This document shows positions 1 through 13,576 of a stretch of DNA of 64,000 bases, in pieces (the first letter of the stretch is position 1; the number at the start of each line of letters is the position of its first letter). The position numbers were made by a program, and so were the translations under genes. The notes beneath the pieces are model-generated. The model did no database searches. It was not told where the DNA came from and worked only from the letters and a program-made list of their open reading frames with translations. This DNA comes from Potamilus streckersoni (Eukaryota). The stretch is taken from the NCBI GenBank assembly GCA_016746295.1, contig JAEAOA010001935.1, positions 420,430-484,429 of the forward strand. Direction: 5' to 3'.

Positions 1-755
1 TAAGGTAATACATAGATACATTTGCACAGTATGATGTGCAAATTAAATCAAGTCAGAGTTTTGTATGAGTTCTTAAACAAAGATCATTTCACTTCCCAAA
101 TAAATCTATTGACAAAATGCACTTTTATATTTTTTCTAAATGCTCATAAGATAGATATTCAGTTTATATTGCTTCACTTAGTCATAGCAAATATATCCAC
201 ATTAAACATGTTAGTTTGTTTTCACACGTATCATAAAATATTATATTTTGATCTATATACACATACAGCTAAATAGTACATGTTATGAATTATATCTCTG
301 TTTTTGATTTTTTTTTCTTCCTTTCCGGTCTTTGGTAATTATATGGAAATATAAGTTATGCAAGCACAGACTTTACAATAAAAACAGGCGCTATAAATCG
401 TCCAGATTGACGGAAAACAAAAACAATTAAACCTGATGTATGATTATCCAATAAAAACCTTTTCCCAAATTCTGCTTGAATTCACTGTATTTGTTGCATT
501 ATTTTTGTAATGATTCTTTTAATTAATGCTTCAGTGTTTTATCAAGACAAGTTTTCACTGTGAAATTTTTTTATATAAAAAGCAAATGTTTTTGTTATGT
601 TTTGTTCCATATCATTGAATTTGCTTCTTAGTCGTTTCACTACTTTCACTGTTTCCTTGCACAACACCAATATTTTTAACCTTTTCTCGATCTGTATAAT
701 GTCTGTAAGAACCTGCTCGCTTTGCACTCTGATTTCGTCAATCTTAGCAGTAATC

Positions 756-1215
756 ATTGACACTCAAATAATAAGATATTTAAAGATATTTAAAAAATAT
801 TTAAAGATATTTAAATTTAAAAGATATTTAAAGATATTTAAAATTAAAAAAAAGCAAAAAAAAGCAATTAAATCCTTATCTTCTCTTTATTTTATTTTCT
901 TATCTAAGTCAGTAATAAATAAATCGTAAGTCGTTCTCAACCATCTGATCATTTTACAATTTACAGGGTTTTTTTTTGATTTTTTTTTTTTACGTCTATT
1001 ATTTTTGGTCATCTGTGAAATAATTAACTTTTTTTTATATGCGAAATGATTTAAGCATTAACAGTTATTTTATTTCTGGGATTTATCATGGTTTGTTTAT
1101 CACTTTAGCTTTGTTCTTTAGTCATCAATTTCCTAAATATATTTCTAATTTCCCTTTATACTTTGATATTATTTTAGATTGTTATCTTTAAATATCTTAT
1201 TATTTGAGTGTCAAT
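756..1215. mobile_element. MITE-like non-autonomous element with 33-bp perfect terminal inverted repeats (attgacactcaaataataagatatttaaagata ... tatctttaaatatcttattatttgagtgtcaat)
   Basis: The left TIR at 756 to 788 is exactly the reverse complement of the right TIR at 1183 to 1215. The interior is AT-rich and includes AAAGATATTT tandem units. No clear target-site duplication is visible. Confidence 0.6.
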
Positions 1216-1341
1216 TTATTTTTTGTAAGACATTTTTACTAGCTGCAGCAGATTTTGTTAATAAAAAAAACGGATCATCATTTTCTTTCTCTTATTCGTC
1301 GGGTTTCTCCTGAGATATAAAAGTAAAATAACTAGAACCTG

Positions 1342-1443
<102 letters not shown>

Positions 1444-2228
1444 CTTTACTTCACGTGAAACACATAAATCACCTTTCTTTCTTCATCTTTAACGCTGATA
1501 TCTACCACATTTAAGGTTCCTCTTTGCGTTTGTTTATATGTAATGAAATCACGATAAAATCAACTTTAACAAGTAATGACTCTAAATATAAATAGCCCTT
1601 TTTAGTTTTATCGTTCTTACAAGATTTAGTAGATGTCTCAATAGATCACTAAATCCCAGCAATTTAGAGTTACTGACAATTTTGTAGATTGTGCGGTTAT
1701 TGACAAGAGTTACTACAACTTATAAATTATGTTTTAAATACTTAAAATCTGTACTTACATCATTGTAAATAAGGCATTATTGCCTTTTATCATATACATT
1801 TCAAGTTTATAAAATCCATTTAAAATTAAAACTGATTTTGTTTCATTATTATATAAGTTCTGTGGCATAATTTTAAATAATGAAACAGCCAGCAATAAAA
1901 TTTCATTACATCAAGATGTGGATAACTAATAATGGCAATGAAATTTATTTCAATGACACTGAAATTTACAGTTGCTGTTTGTTATCATTTGGATTGAAAT
2001 TATGACGAGTACTTATCTTTATCATAATGTAAACCATAACTATGACTGAATAGGATTTATGTGCATATGTATTTATATGTAATGTTTTGTACTTCTTATG
2101 GCCCATGTAATGGGAATGATAATTATTAGCAATGAGTGGATTGCATTATCTGAATATATGCACATTTAGATGATATGTGCGTGTTACAACAATGTTGAAT
2201 CAGTAATAATGTTCGTACGTAGAGCGTA

Positions 2229-2255
2229 ACACACACACACAACACAAACACACAC

Positions 2256-2343
<88 letters not shown>
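2229..2343. repeat. Compound (AC)n-(TA)n microsatellite
   Basis: An (AC) run of about 18 units is followed by about 36 (TA) units. Confidence 0.95.
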
Positions 2344-2347
<4 letters not shown>

Positions 2348-2399
2348 TAAAAGTCTTTGTAGTTTATTGTAATGATCATCACTCCAATTTCAAATGTTA

Positions 2400-3560
2400 T
2401 TAAAATCAATCAGTTTGTCTTTCATTAAATATTTTACAAAAATGTCATTAACTTTAAAATCTTCTATTTTCAACATAGCTTGTTTTCTGTAAAATATTAT
2501 CTTTTTCTCACGAGACGCTTCTTGTATGATTGTTCCGTGAATCATAATTTGTTGCTCGGGTAATTTTCTAGTTTGTTTTGATAAAGTTTCTATTAACTTC
2601 TTTAACTTAAAACAATCCTGCCATTGCTTTCTGAAACATAAGAAGGCTATTCATTAATCTGTCAAATTGAGCCTATCGTGCAGCAGGATCAGCAATGTTT
2701 CTTAGAAGTTCCTCTACAATTTTTTAGTTTCTTCTTTTGATCTTTCTCCGAGTAAACCTAACAAGCCTTTTCCTTGTATTTTTTATAGTTCTTCTGGAGA
2801 TATCGTTGACACATCTGGTTGTTTGCCAAGTACTGCTTTGGTTACTGGCTTAAAACGTTTAACAGTTTCTTCTTCTGCTTGAATTTTCAACGCCGAGCTT
2901 CTCTTCCACTTTTTTAAAAGCAGCTCGAGTTTCAAAAGATTTCTTTAGTGGTTTGATTCTTTGTTGATGCTTGTCCATTCTTTATTTCTTACGCTCTATA
3001 AAATTTTATCTAATCAAATGTGTCAATACAACAACTAAACATCTTAGCTGGATCACACGCTAGTTTATCGAATAAAAAGAAATTGTATTTATGTTTGGAT
3101 TCTTGATGATATAATTCAATAAACTTATCCTTTGAGACATTACCGCATTGCTCGTTTGCAATATTTCTCACATCAGCACTATCTAGCGCTGCAGATAGTA
3201 TAAAGCATCCCTTATTTCACCGAATAAATTTGTCGACATTGTAAAACCTTTGCGCGAGAAAAATTGAATTACATCTTTAGTTATGGATAATAAAAATTAG
3301 GACGTAATCTTATTTATCTCCTCATTGTTAAGGGGGATATCGTCAAACACAATTTTATGATCGGACGAATCAAGTTCATCAGTAGGAATTAAATTCTCTT
3401 GTTGTTTTTACAAAAAATATGTCATGGACAACATCAAGCCCATCACGAATTTTATCGTTGTACTCGCTCAATAATTAGTACTTATCCTGTTGTGGATTGA
3501 TTGTATAAATATATACACGATCGCAGTTAAAGTTGTCATGGAGTAAAAGAGTGAATAAAA
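2400..3560 (-). pseudogene. Decayed coding remnant(s) of unidentified origin, with multiple frameshifts and stops
   Basis: Minus-strand translation gives protein-like runs in alternating frames. Examples are SADVRNIANEQCGNVSKDKFIELYHQESKHKYNFFLFDKLACDPAKMFSCCIDTFD, IPTDELDSSDHKIVFDDIPLNNEEINKIT and IMIHGTIIQEASREKKIIFYRKQAMLKIEDFKVNDIFVKYLMKDKLIDF, each interrupted by stops. I recognise no family. Confidence 0.35.
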
Positions 3561-5599
3561 TACTTAGAGATGCAATAAGCAACTTTGATATTAAAAACAG
3601 ATACTGTCATCCTTATGATTGTCTAGAATAGTTGAAATTATGCTGAAAAAAAAATATTGCTTGAACTTGTCAAGAAAATATAAATTTAACAATACGATCA
3701 AATCTAATTAAATTGCGAGCTTATGGTGGAAAAGTCCATGAAGAAAAACGAATAAATGACAATTATGATCATCTCGACATACTAACAGAATCTAAAAGAA
3801 TATTTTATAAGAAACAAAAAAATTACAAGATAGTTTCTCAGAGCGAGAAAGTTTTAAGCATCTTGGTACGTACTACTACGACAAAGAAACCCTAGATAAT
3901 ATAACTATTTTAACAATGATATCAACGTTGATACTGAAACATAATGAAACGTAATGATACCATAAAACCGAGAAAATACTAACAAAACCATATGACAAAT
4001 TAATACTGAAACTAGTTCTAGTTATTGGTCTTCTTACAACTGAAAGAAAGAGAATCCGAAATGCTAATAAATTTTATCTTCACATACACAATAATCAGAA
4101 AACATCTTGTCCTAAAAAAAATTCCATTGGATCAAATAAGGGTTCATTGAAGAAAACACGTTTGATTCCTACAGTTGGTTAAAGAAAAATGAGGTATTAA
4201 CAGATGAATTATACGATAATACTTCGTCAGATGTTTGTGACAAGTATAAAGATTTCATAGCTGATCCTATTAATGATATGTTCCGTGAGCTTCTTAATTC
4301 AGATATTGGTAATAGAACTTTTAATATTGTATAAAAAAAATTGTAAACAAATATTGTATAATAAAAAACAGATCGATTTCAATCATATTTCAGAGGATAT
4401 CATTTAATTCTGCGTTGAAATTCGTCATTGATCTATTTATTATATTTGATAACAGCCCGTTTTAATTCTAACTACTTGCCAATTAGGAATTCATTTGGGT
4501 TTAGTTTCAATGGTAAATACTAATGTATTATTTGGTTGTAGTCCACTGAATGATTTTGGCCTCATATATGGCTAACAATAATAAATACATAATCGAGCTA
4601 ATGCTATTTAGCTTGCTGATGTTGCATTTGGAAAATTAATACTGAATTCAGGATTAATTGAACTCGTTGATATCGTTGTGGTTCTTACCGGAGCAGTATG
4701 AGTGACAATTTGTTGTGCTTATTCCTGTGATGTCTATATTATGCTATTATTATTTTAAATCCAGTTCAGGATTTATTTTTTCATCAAATGCTTCACTGTA
4801 CATCTTTAATATAACACTGAATTCTTCATCAGATATTACTCCATCGTTGAGCGACGAAGAAATCATTGACGATATTTTTGAATATGTTAAGATTCAGTAT
4901 GTAATTTCATCATGTACTCATTTAATTTTTCATTTGTGCACGTATCTATCTTTTCGCAATAATATTCAATATTCCAGTGGTCATTGTTGACTATGAAACA
5001 CCGATTGTTACAACAATAGGAGCTGTCATCGTCAACGTTGATGCTACTAGGCCGGTTGCAGCAACAATCACGGAAACCAAATAAACGATGATATCAACGA
5101 CAAATGCATGTCTACGATATTTCTTTTTTTTTTTGCTGTATGATTTTAGATGATGGCTTTTAGTTTATTTTGCTATTTTGTTACTTGATCGCATCTGTAT
5201 CGCTGAATCTCTATCATTATACTGTATTAAGTAACTAATTGAGGGTTTTTTTATCTACAAATGCCAGACACCACCAGTAAGACGCCGAGGTTATTTTTTT
5301 ATTAGATAATTCCAGGATAAAGGTTTCTTTGGTATCTTTATTTAACACTACAGATACAGTCCCATAAAAAATTATTGGTTGAATGATGCCAATATTATGT
5401 TGTATATATCCTAAATTTTGCAGAACTAAATACGGACAGCCTGTACACGCCATTTACTTCCGCGGTATGTTTGATAGTGTTATCGCTTGGTGTCCATGTT
5501 GGTGATACTGATGATACTGTGTACACGATATTGTTAAATTGTTTGTGTGGAATTTTAATCAGATTTTTTTTGAACGGTTGTTAACTATGATATCGTCAA

Positions 5600-6402
5600 C
5601 TTGCCGCCGCTGCCCATGAAAGCGAATAGTCGATCTTCTTCAGATATCGCTGGAGTCATTACTAGCATCCACAACTTTGTTAGAATTAACTTACCAGCAT
5701 CATCGGCGGGTCGCCATATTGCATCACTGTCGGTTGCTTTTCGTACGAGTACAACTGTACGTTTGGTTTTTCAAACGTGTCTGCAGAATCCAAAAAGATG
5801 TGATAGTGGAATCGCGCAAAATCTTCTGCTTTCACCCTATAACATTGCTCGACGTGATCTAAATCCTAAGGTTGAAATCTGGATTGACATTAATAATCAT
5901 ACTTGGCAGTTCTAGCAAAGTTCATTGGTCGTCCTATTTCATACTGGGTGTAATTAGGATGATCTGAAGTATCCTTGGTAAACATCATTGATGGAACATC
6001 TGATCCTGAATAATTGTCACTATATCTTGGAAGGTACTATATCATCGTGGCAACGTCAACATCTTTTTGAATCGATTCAATATTTCTTCCGTCGATCATG
6101 TACATGGCGCTGTCGAACAACGCCATGATGCCATTATTAGCAAAACCAACACTAATATCAACTCCGTATTCAGTATTACCTGTTTTTAAACTTTCCTTTT
6201 CTACTTCAATAAATGCTTCAGCGGGTAAGAAATATCTACTTGTATCCTGAACTTTTAATTCGATACGTTCACGCTGATTTTGGCTGTCGTGCGTCTTAAG
6301 AATAATATTGATATACACGCACAGACTCATCCTTGAGAACTGGCACATCCATGTCAAATGCGGGATCTGGTACACCTTTGAAAATGTTATGTTATTGGTC
6401 AT
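5600..6402 (-). pseudogene. Decayed coding remnant(s), partly exon-like with a consensus donor
   Basis: A 121-aa minus-strand ORF (..ELKVQDTSRYFLPAEAFIEVEKESLKTGNTEYGVDISVGFANNGIMALFDSAMYMIDGRNIESIQKDVDVA) is followed in other frames by SDNYSGSDVPSMMFTKDTSDHPNYTQYEIGRPMNFARTAKYDY. A third run, LDHVEQCYRVKAEDFARFHYHIFLDSADTFEKPNVQLYSYEKQPTVMQYGDPPMMLV, ends at a perfect CTG|gtaagt donor near 5690. I cannot assign identity from sequence alone. Confidence 0.35.
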
Positions 6403-7604
6403 CGTCTAATACGTAGACCATTTCCTCCCATCAGACTTGCTGCTACGTTTTTTGGGGATGGGGAAAGGGTTGTTTTGTTTTGTATTGTTTTCGTCGGCTA
6501 ACTTTGCTACTTTTTGATTTGATTATTGATTTATTATTTTGTTAATACTTGCAGGCATCACATCGGTGCTGGGTAATTTTGCTGGTGGAGATTAAACTAT
6601 CTGTGGTCTGCGTACTAATCGTATAATCTATCCTTTATTGCAGAAAATGCTTTACTAGCAGCGTCACCAGCAGAGCTAATACCTTTTTCTTGAATAACGT
6701 CAATAGCTTTCATTCCTAGTTGCTTTGCGATCGGTATTGCTTTTGGGGATATTCTTCTAAATAACCCCGGAATGATATCGCCAAATCGTGTATACAGGTA
6801 ATCTTAGAAGTTATCACCCTGGTCATAGTTAGTTTATCCACGTTAAGCAACATGTATTATCATATTATAATAATTATATATGTTTTAATCAATGCGATAA
6901 TCATCGGTGATTTCATTAATGAAGGACCTATATACACCATCGTCCATAGTACCATCTGTAAATAATCGTTGAAAAATTGATGAGATTGTGTTGATAATTT
7001 CAGGAGAATTATTACCAGCTCGTTTTCCACCGATTAAAATTTCTAGTCTATCTACGTCGGCAAGCTATGGATTCAGCGCTCTTTTTCAACACAGGAAGAA
7101 TACCTTCAGTAGTATTCGTGATAGGTTTAAACAATTGCTCTGCAGATTGTGTAACTTCTTCCTGTTTTTGTTGACGCTCTTGTATTTTTGTTTAACAATA
7201 TTACGAAGCGGAAGATATTTATGTATCGCTTCTAGTCGCTCTCGACCTAATCTAGCTGAATGAGCTTTACCAATCATTATTGATATAATAATATAAGATC
7301 TTTTTAAATCGACAGTGACAGGGAGGGTGCGACCAAATGTATGTGATTTTTTTCTGTTCCATTTTTTCAAATATAAAGGCTCTTGTTCGTAGTCCCTTTG
7401 TTTCAAACATAATCTTTTATTAGCCCTTGTATGAAAAAATATTTTTTTAAAAATGAAGGCTCTACAAAAAGTGGTCTGTTCACGCTCCATGCTGCTTCCT
7501 ATTTGCACACGTATTTATGGAAATTACCCGCTTGTTAAATCGACGTGAAAGTCGTTTTTGTTCATCTTTTCTTTCTCTTGATTCGACATTATAAATATCT
7601 GACG

Positions 7605-7714
7605 CACAGGGGCTCGTATCGTTGCTGACCATTTACCGGTCATACAGATACTATACTATATTGCATAGTATCTGTATGACCGGTAAATTGTCAGCAACGA
7701 TACGAGCCCCTGTG
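7605..7714. other. Near-perfect 110-bp palindrome with arms of about 50 bp and a roughly 10-nt loop
   Basis: The left arm cacaggggctcgtatcgttgctgaccatttaccggtcatacagatactat is the reverse complement of the right arm atagtatctgtatgaccggtaaattgtcagcaacgatacgagcccctgtg, with one mismatch. Confidence 0.85.
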
Positions 7715-8855
7715 ATCTGACGTATACGATATGGTTTTTACCTTCTATGTACATTCATATGCAGTTGTTCACCAACTCTTCGCTAAATATGGACTTGACC
7801 AGAACCCAACATGGTCGTCTTTATGAAACGCGCACAAATAAAAGTGTTATTGGGCCCCTGATCTTAATTGGGTTTGAAATTTTAAATCAATAAATGAACC
7901 AAGTTCTATGCATTTTAGAATCTCATTTATGGTTTTCTTTATTTTTAAATCGGTAGGAGGGTACAAACAAACGGGAAAGTATATTCAGACTTTAATTGAT
8001 CCAAATTATAAGAGTTTATTTTCTGCCTGAAATAATATAATCATGGCGGTGAACTTCAAAAACAGTTATAATTTATTTCATAACAAATCACTGAAATCAG
8101 TTAAATTTGGTGTCGGAACATCTGGACTTGTGCCTTTTAACTTGTGTACGTTTCGGTGTTCATGTGTACGTTTTAACCCGGGGTACGTTTTGACTCGATT
8201 ACGCACGCTATAAATGTCTTCATTTTCGGAGATAATTATATCATGAATGTCGTCTGCAGTGCCATAATGCCTTGATTTATCTCATGTCTTTTGAAAACTT
8301 CTGGAAAACCTTAATTTTTTTTTGAGGTTTCTTTACATGTTTGATGAAAAAAGCCAGAGAATATTCCGTATATCCGTCCCCACCCTAGATACGTTTGGCC
8401 TAGGCTTGTAACCAATCTTTAAGTTAGCTGGGGGTGGGGGACGAAGGAGTGTTCATAGAAGCATTTACGGAAACAGTGCTACTGCAGGGTTAAAATAAGG
8501 CCTATGATAATTTATTAGTGAGGTTGGCTGGTTATTCGTGACGTTAATAATCGTCATTTCTAAAAATAATTGCACTAAAAATACCCGCACATTCCATTGG
8601 CTCTACTTAATAGTACTTGTGAGCGTGAGCTTGGCAGATAAAACTGACAGCCACCGAGTTAGAACTCTTTGCACCGGGTTAAAAAGGTAAGAAAAGTCCT
8701 CACCTTTAATACTTTTATAATTTGTTAAAAACTTTTTCCTAACTAACAGTAATGATGTTTCCTAATTATGTTTTGTGTTCGCAAAAAAAATAAAAATGGA
8801 GATATAGGGAGATTTGTATGCCACAATTTGCCGGTCTTGACTTAAGTGACTGTCC

Positions 8856-8921
8856 CAGTAGACCAACAAGTAGACAGCAGCAGATATTTAAAAAAAAAGA
8901 GACCTACTTGTTGGTCTACTG
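8856..8921. other. Hairpin-forming inverted repeat with an 18-bp perfect stem and a roughly 30-nt A-rich loop
   Basis: The stem arms are cagtagaccaacaagtag at 8856 to 8873 and ctacttgttggtctactg at 8904 to 8921. Confidence 0.7.
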
Positions 8922-9162
8922 TCACAGGGGTTCATATCATTGCTTTCAATTTACCTATCATACATATAGTAATTGTATGACATGTAAATTGCAAGCAACT
9001 ATACGAACCCCAGTGGTTCCGGGTAGACAAATTGTTTACCCTCTTATTTTCTTTCTGACTCGGCCACCAGTAATGTCAGACGAAAAAAAAATGTCCGTAA
9101 ACAAGTTGTTGAATGTCGGTCAAAGTTCCGGGTTGCAGTGCATATAAGTCTGCACTTAGTCC

Positions 9163-9289
9163 TAGTCCTACAACGTAAGCCCGTCACCCAGAATTTTTTT
9201 TTTTTTTCTGTATGGGTGATAACACCAAAACAAAAACATCATGTGCTATGTCTTACATTGTAGGACTACCCTTAGTCCTATAATGTAAG
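9163..9289. mobile_element. Short foldback or MITE-like repeat with arms tagtcctacaacgtaag / cttacattgtaggacta and a third arm copy
   Basis: The inverted arms lie at 9163 to 9179 and 9252 to 9268, with a further direct copy at 9273 to 9289. A related sequence, gggtgacatcttacattgtaagatg, lies at about 10097 to 10121. Confidence 0.4.
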
Positions 9290-11340
9290 ATTTCATAGAT
9301 ATTGATGTTGTTTCGGTCGCCCTAAAAATAACATATCAGGGGTGACGTCTGACATTGAACGACTGACTACGTCTGCAGTATGAGCTCGTACGCATGTGGA
9401 TGACATAAACTGAATGTTGAATTAAAAGTAGTAGATTAGAGGGGAGAACACAAATTGTGCAGTGACGAAAAATTAGACTTTCTCAAAGACTGAGACAAGA
9501 TTGGTAACTTCAAAATAGTCTTTGCACACATGGCTACACCATTCCAGTGTGGGTGGGGTGGGGGTGAAATGGGGGCAGGCTCTTTGCACTTTTTCACACC
9601 TGATAACATGAGGCAAATCAACTGGAACATATTTGGTTGTATTTTATTTTTTACAGGTTAAATTGTCAAAATTACCGGTATACGCGGGAAATGGGGTGTA
9701 TGACCCACAGACCCTGTGCCTACTTGTTTAGGTCTGTTACCTGGCAATAATGGTCCTGAGCCCCCAGCCCCAATACTCTTCCTGCAATGAAAGATTTCAG
9801 CCTTGATATTAATGATCGAAATGGGTGACATTTTACTAATACTTTTCTGTAAAATTGAGTGACAACTGATCTTGAAACTCGTCCACTTTATTGAATGATT
9901 CCATCTTGAAAAAAAGGTTAAAAAAAAATATAGTGCATCAAAAGAATTTGTACTCGAAGCTTTATAGCAGTATCAATTTGGGTACCACATATGTGATGGA
10001 TTCACAGTGTCACTTTTACTTGCGACTGACCTCACATCATCTTACATAGCACTGCTTATGCTAGCAGCAAGACATTGACTTTTCCTGTCACAAATATTGG
10101 GTGACATCTTACATTGTAAGATGACCATAACATATTACTATTTTTGCACTATGCACATTTTTCTGTTCATGAAACCATCATTTAGTTTTCTGCATTAAAA
10201 CCACATTGAAATTATGAGGCCCCCAAAAAACTTGAGAATTGCATAATATTTTGCCTGGTAAGAGAGTTACTCTTACCTACAGCTTGCTAGCACTTGCATG
10301 TGATTTGACAAAAACATTTATTATTCAGTTTAAGAACAAAGGTAGATGCAGGAGTACTTTTGTTTCTACCATTCACTTGAGTTAAATTTTGAAATATTAT
10401 TCTGGCAGCCATATAAAGTTGATTTTAAGAGGAACTTGACAAATGAACCTGGATAGCACTAATTTTGAAAAGTTCTGGTAGGCAGTCAACAACCTGAATC
10501 TATCCACAAGCAGGAAATAAACTTCTTTTCAGACTTATGTGAGTTGTATTAACCTTGCTACATTCCATTACTGACACTGAAAGAACGTTTCCATTCTGAG
10601 GAAACCTGATCCAGTAACAATACATCATCTTTTAATATGGGTAATTAGTATAGGAATGGCAATAGGTTACTGAAAAAGGACAAATGTGATGAGATGATGT
10701 AGATATTTTAATACTAACAGAATTCAGATTTGTTCCATAGTGTAATTTTTGTCCATTTGTGTGGTAAAAAATGGTTAATGAGTCCTTTCTCTTTTGGAGT
10801 CAGAATACTGACCAAATTGCACAAATCTACTGTTATGTCTGTAGTCTACTTCCAGTTTGCATGAGAAATTAACAGACATTTTTTTAAAAATCCATGGATA
10901 TATCCTATGAAGATATTTGATAATGAGGTCTTTTTCAAGAGTGGTTTATTAATACAAAAAATTTGACCTCAAAATATTTTTAGGATTTTAACCTGTTTTG
11001 CCTGTACATCTCATTGAGGATGCATTAGCTTAGTGCAGTTTGGCAAATATTGTGCTGATTTACCATTATACTTATACATACAAATCTAATTAATGTTGAT
11101 ACAAATCTGATTGTTTTTGATTAATGCTATTACTGCAGTTTGTCATCATGCATTTCTAATGTAATTTAAAACTTAATTTCCATGTTTCACATTTCAACAG
11201 ACATTGGTAGATTTTTGTATATTCAGAAACTCTGAAATTGAATTTCCTTTTTTAAAATGTTAATGGATTTTTATGTCATAGAAAATAAAGGTAAAACCCA
11301 CATCCCATGCATGAAGAGATCTGACAATGACTAATAACAT

Positions 11341-11465
11341 GGGTCACTAGAACATGATCCTTAAATGGTCTGACAATGACTAATAAATTTGGTCACTAGA
11401 ACATGATCCTTAAATGGTCTGACAATGACTAATAAATTTGGTCACTAGAACATGATCCTTAAGTG
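11341..11465. repeat. 49-bp tandem repeat, about 2.5 copies (ggtcactagaacatgatccttaaatggtctgacaatgactaataaattt)
   Basis: Direct near-identical copies. Confidence 0.85.
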
Positions 11466-13576
11466 GACTCTGCCAGATCTTTACAAAGGACCTTGGAAAT
11501 CTCCATGAGATTAGGCATGTGCATCCTGATGCATCCTACCCGATTTTATCTGGTTAGTTACATCAGATATTGTTGCTGTAAACATCATTTCTCACATGCA
11601 CTAAAGGATGTTGTACATGCCTGCATAATATGTGTAATGTAATGTATTTACTCTGGAGAAAGTTTTTATCTTTTATTAGTTTTTAGGTGAATTTTTTTGA
11701 AGTATTGGTTTAAGAGCTTTGTTGGCTTGGATTCAAAATTTGCTTTCATACAAATTTGCTGTGAACTCAATCATTCCTTTCATAAATTCTGTGTAATCTG
11801 ATAATGCTGTTTAATGAAGCATTCATTGCTGAATGCCAGTGTGCTATTAGTTTCTTTAAAATACTAAAGTATTCATCTTTGTGCAAAAAATGTAAAAGTA
11901 CTGTAGAGTCCCAGTTTTCATTTGTTTAACAGTTTCATTGCAATGCATGGGGTTGAAGGGTTCATTGAAGATTCAGTATTCAGAATTTTAAGGATTGTCA
12001 TACCAAATATATACTTACTTGTAAGTCAAGTCAGGCTGTTAACAAGAAAGATCCAGATCTGCTGTAGCATAATGCATTAGCAGATCTGAGACTGTGTTGG
12101 TTTTTTTTCTATTTCTTACTCCTATAAAACCGCACATACCCAAATTTGCTGGCACAAGTGATGGTAGAACTAGGTTCATGTAGTTTGCATTTGTAGTAAA
12201 CTTTTAAGTGAATATATAAGGTATGTTTACATTGATATTATGGGACAAATAATTTCAGCAATATACCTGACAAGGCAGTTTTTTCTCATTCAAGGTTGCA
12301 TGTGTAATGGACTATTGAAAACCCCATGATTTGTATTGCTTGTGTTGTGGATCATTGCTAATGGTAACTACACACCTTGCTATAGATCAATTCATTGTAG
12401 GTCTTGACTTGTATTGGTACCACAGAATTGAAGAATATGATCTTGGAGTGGATTTCATTAAGCTACCTTTTTATTCTTCCTCCATTTGCTTTGTTTGATG
12501 ATATTGTTCCATTTGAATCAGTCCTGCAAAGAATATATAGACTATATATTTACATCTTATTGGAAAAATTGCACTGATTTATCAATTGGAGTGAAGCCCA
12601 AGGACATAAAATAATAGTTTAACAAGGGTTTATCCAAAGACATGATTTGAACATGCACCCTTTTGCAATTACAACATGCATACTGTGAAAATGTCTTGGC
12701 TTCTGCATATGTCAGATATATTAAAAATGTATTTCACATAAACATTTAATGATTCATAATCAGTGCAATTTTTTTTAAAGAAAATACATAGGAATGTGGA
12801 CTGACAATTATGTACCTGTTCATGCATGATTTTTCCATAAATGCAGCTGTAACTATATAATATGAATTTTTGGTATAGGAGATGTTTTTGTTCAAAATAT
12901 GTTGCAAAATATTAGGTACCTAAGATAATTGTTTTTGAAATCTGTAGTTCTTATTTCCAACAATAATTTTTTAATCTATATGAAAAATCTAGCATTTCTG
13001 CATTCTCCTAAGAAGTTTTAAAGTGCCTACAGATGAGTTTTAAGACTAAAGGCTTGAATGAAATAGTTTTTAAAGTAATAACTTATTTGGAAAATGCAGT
13101 AGTCCAGATTGTCTTGCATGGAAATGCTTAAGTTAGCTACAGCTGTGTAGCCTTGGAAACACGTAACTCACAAGCCCTCTGGATTTTTTCATGCATAGCC
13201 AAGTTTTGTTAAAAATGAACCCAGCACATACATTAGAGCTAATAAAGAAGTATTTACTTCCTTTTTCTGATGCATGTATTATGATCAGACTTAAGATTAT
13301 ATTAGCCAGGAGTCTCTTGAATAAACCTGTATGGTGTATCATTTACTACCTTGTTTTTGTTTTGTATTTTTACATTGTTTATTGTCTTTTTACATTGTTT
13401 ATTGTCTTTATACATTTTTTGTCAATTTCCTTGTGTAGACAAGAGTCATAGTGGTAAATTACTGATGTGCAACTACATTCCATAGACAATTTGAAGGCAC
13501 AGTGTTTGCATAAAGAGAAATGGAGATGTTCTCCTATTGGATCCAACACTAGATATTGCATACATACATAAAAATA

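Noticed and set aside
542-929. ORFs 542..763 (minus) and 597..929 (plus)
   Set aside because: They overlap the MITE TIR and the AAAGATATTT tandem units. They are low-complexity and mutually overlapping on opposite strands, with no similarity to anything.
5600-6402. Assigning the decayed ORFs to a protein-primed family B DNA polymerase (Polinton/Maverick)
   Set aside because: Only loose resemblance to Exo II and Exo III motifs. No YGDTDS, KxY or terminal-protein signatures were found. This is kept as a hypothesis in the findings, not as an annotation.
8818-9147. 109-aa plus-strand ORF (MPQFAGLDLSDCPSRPTSRQQQIFKKKETYLLVYCHRGSYH...)
   Set aside because: It spans the 18-bp-stem hairpin and a poly-A loop. 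There are no splice signals and no recognisable domain. It uses a non-ATG start in the ORF track logic.
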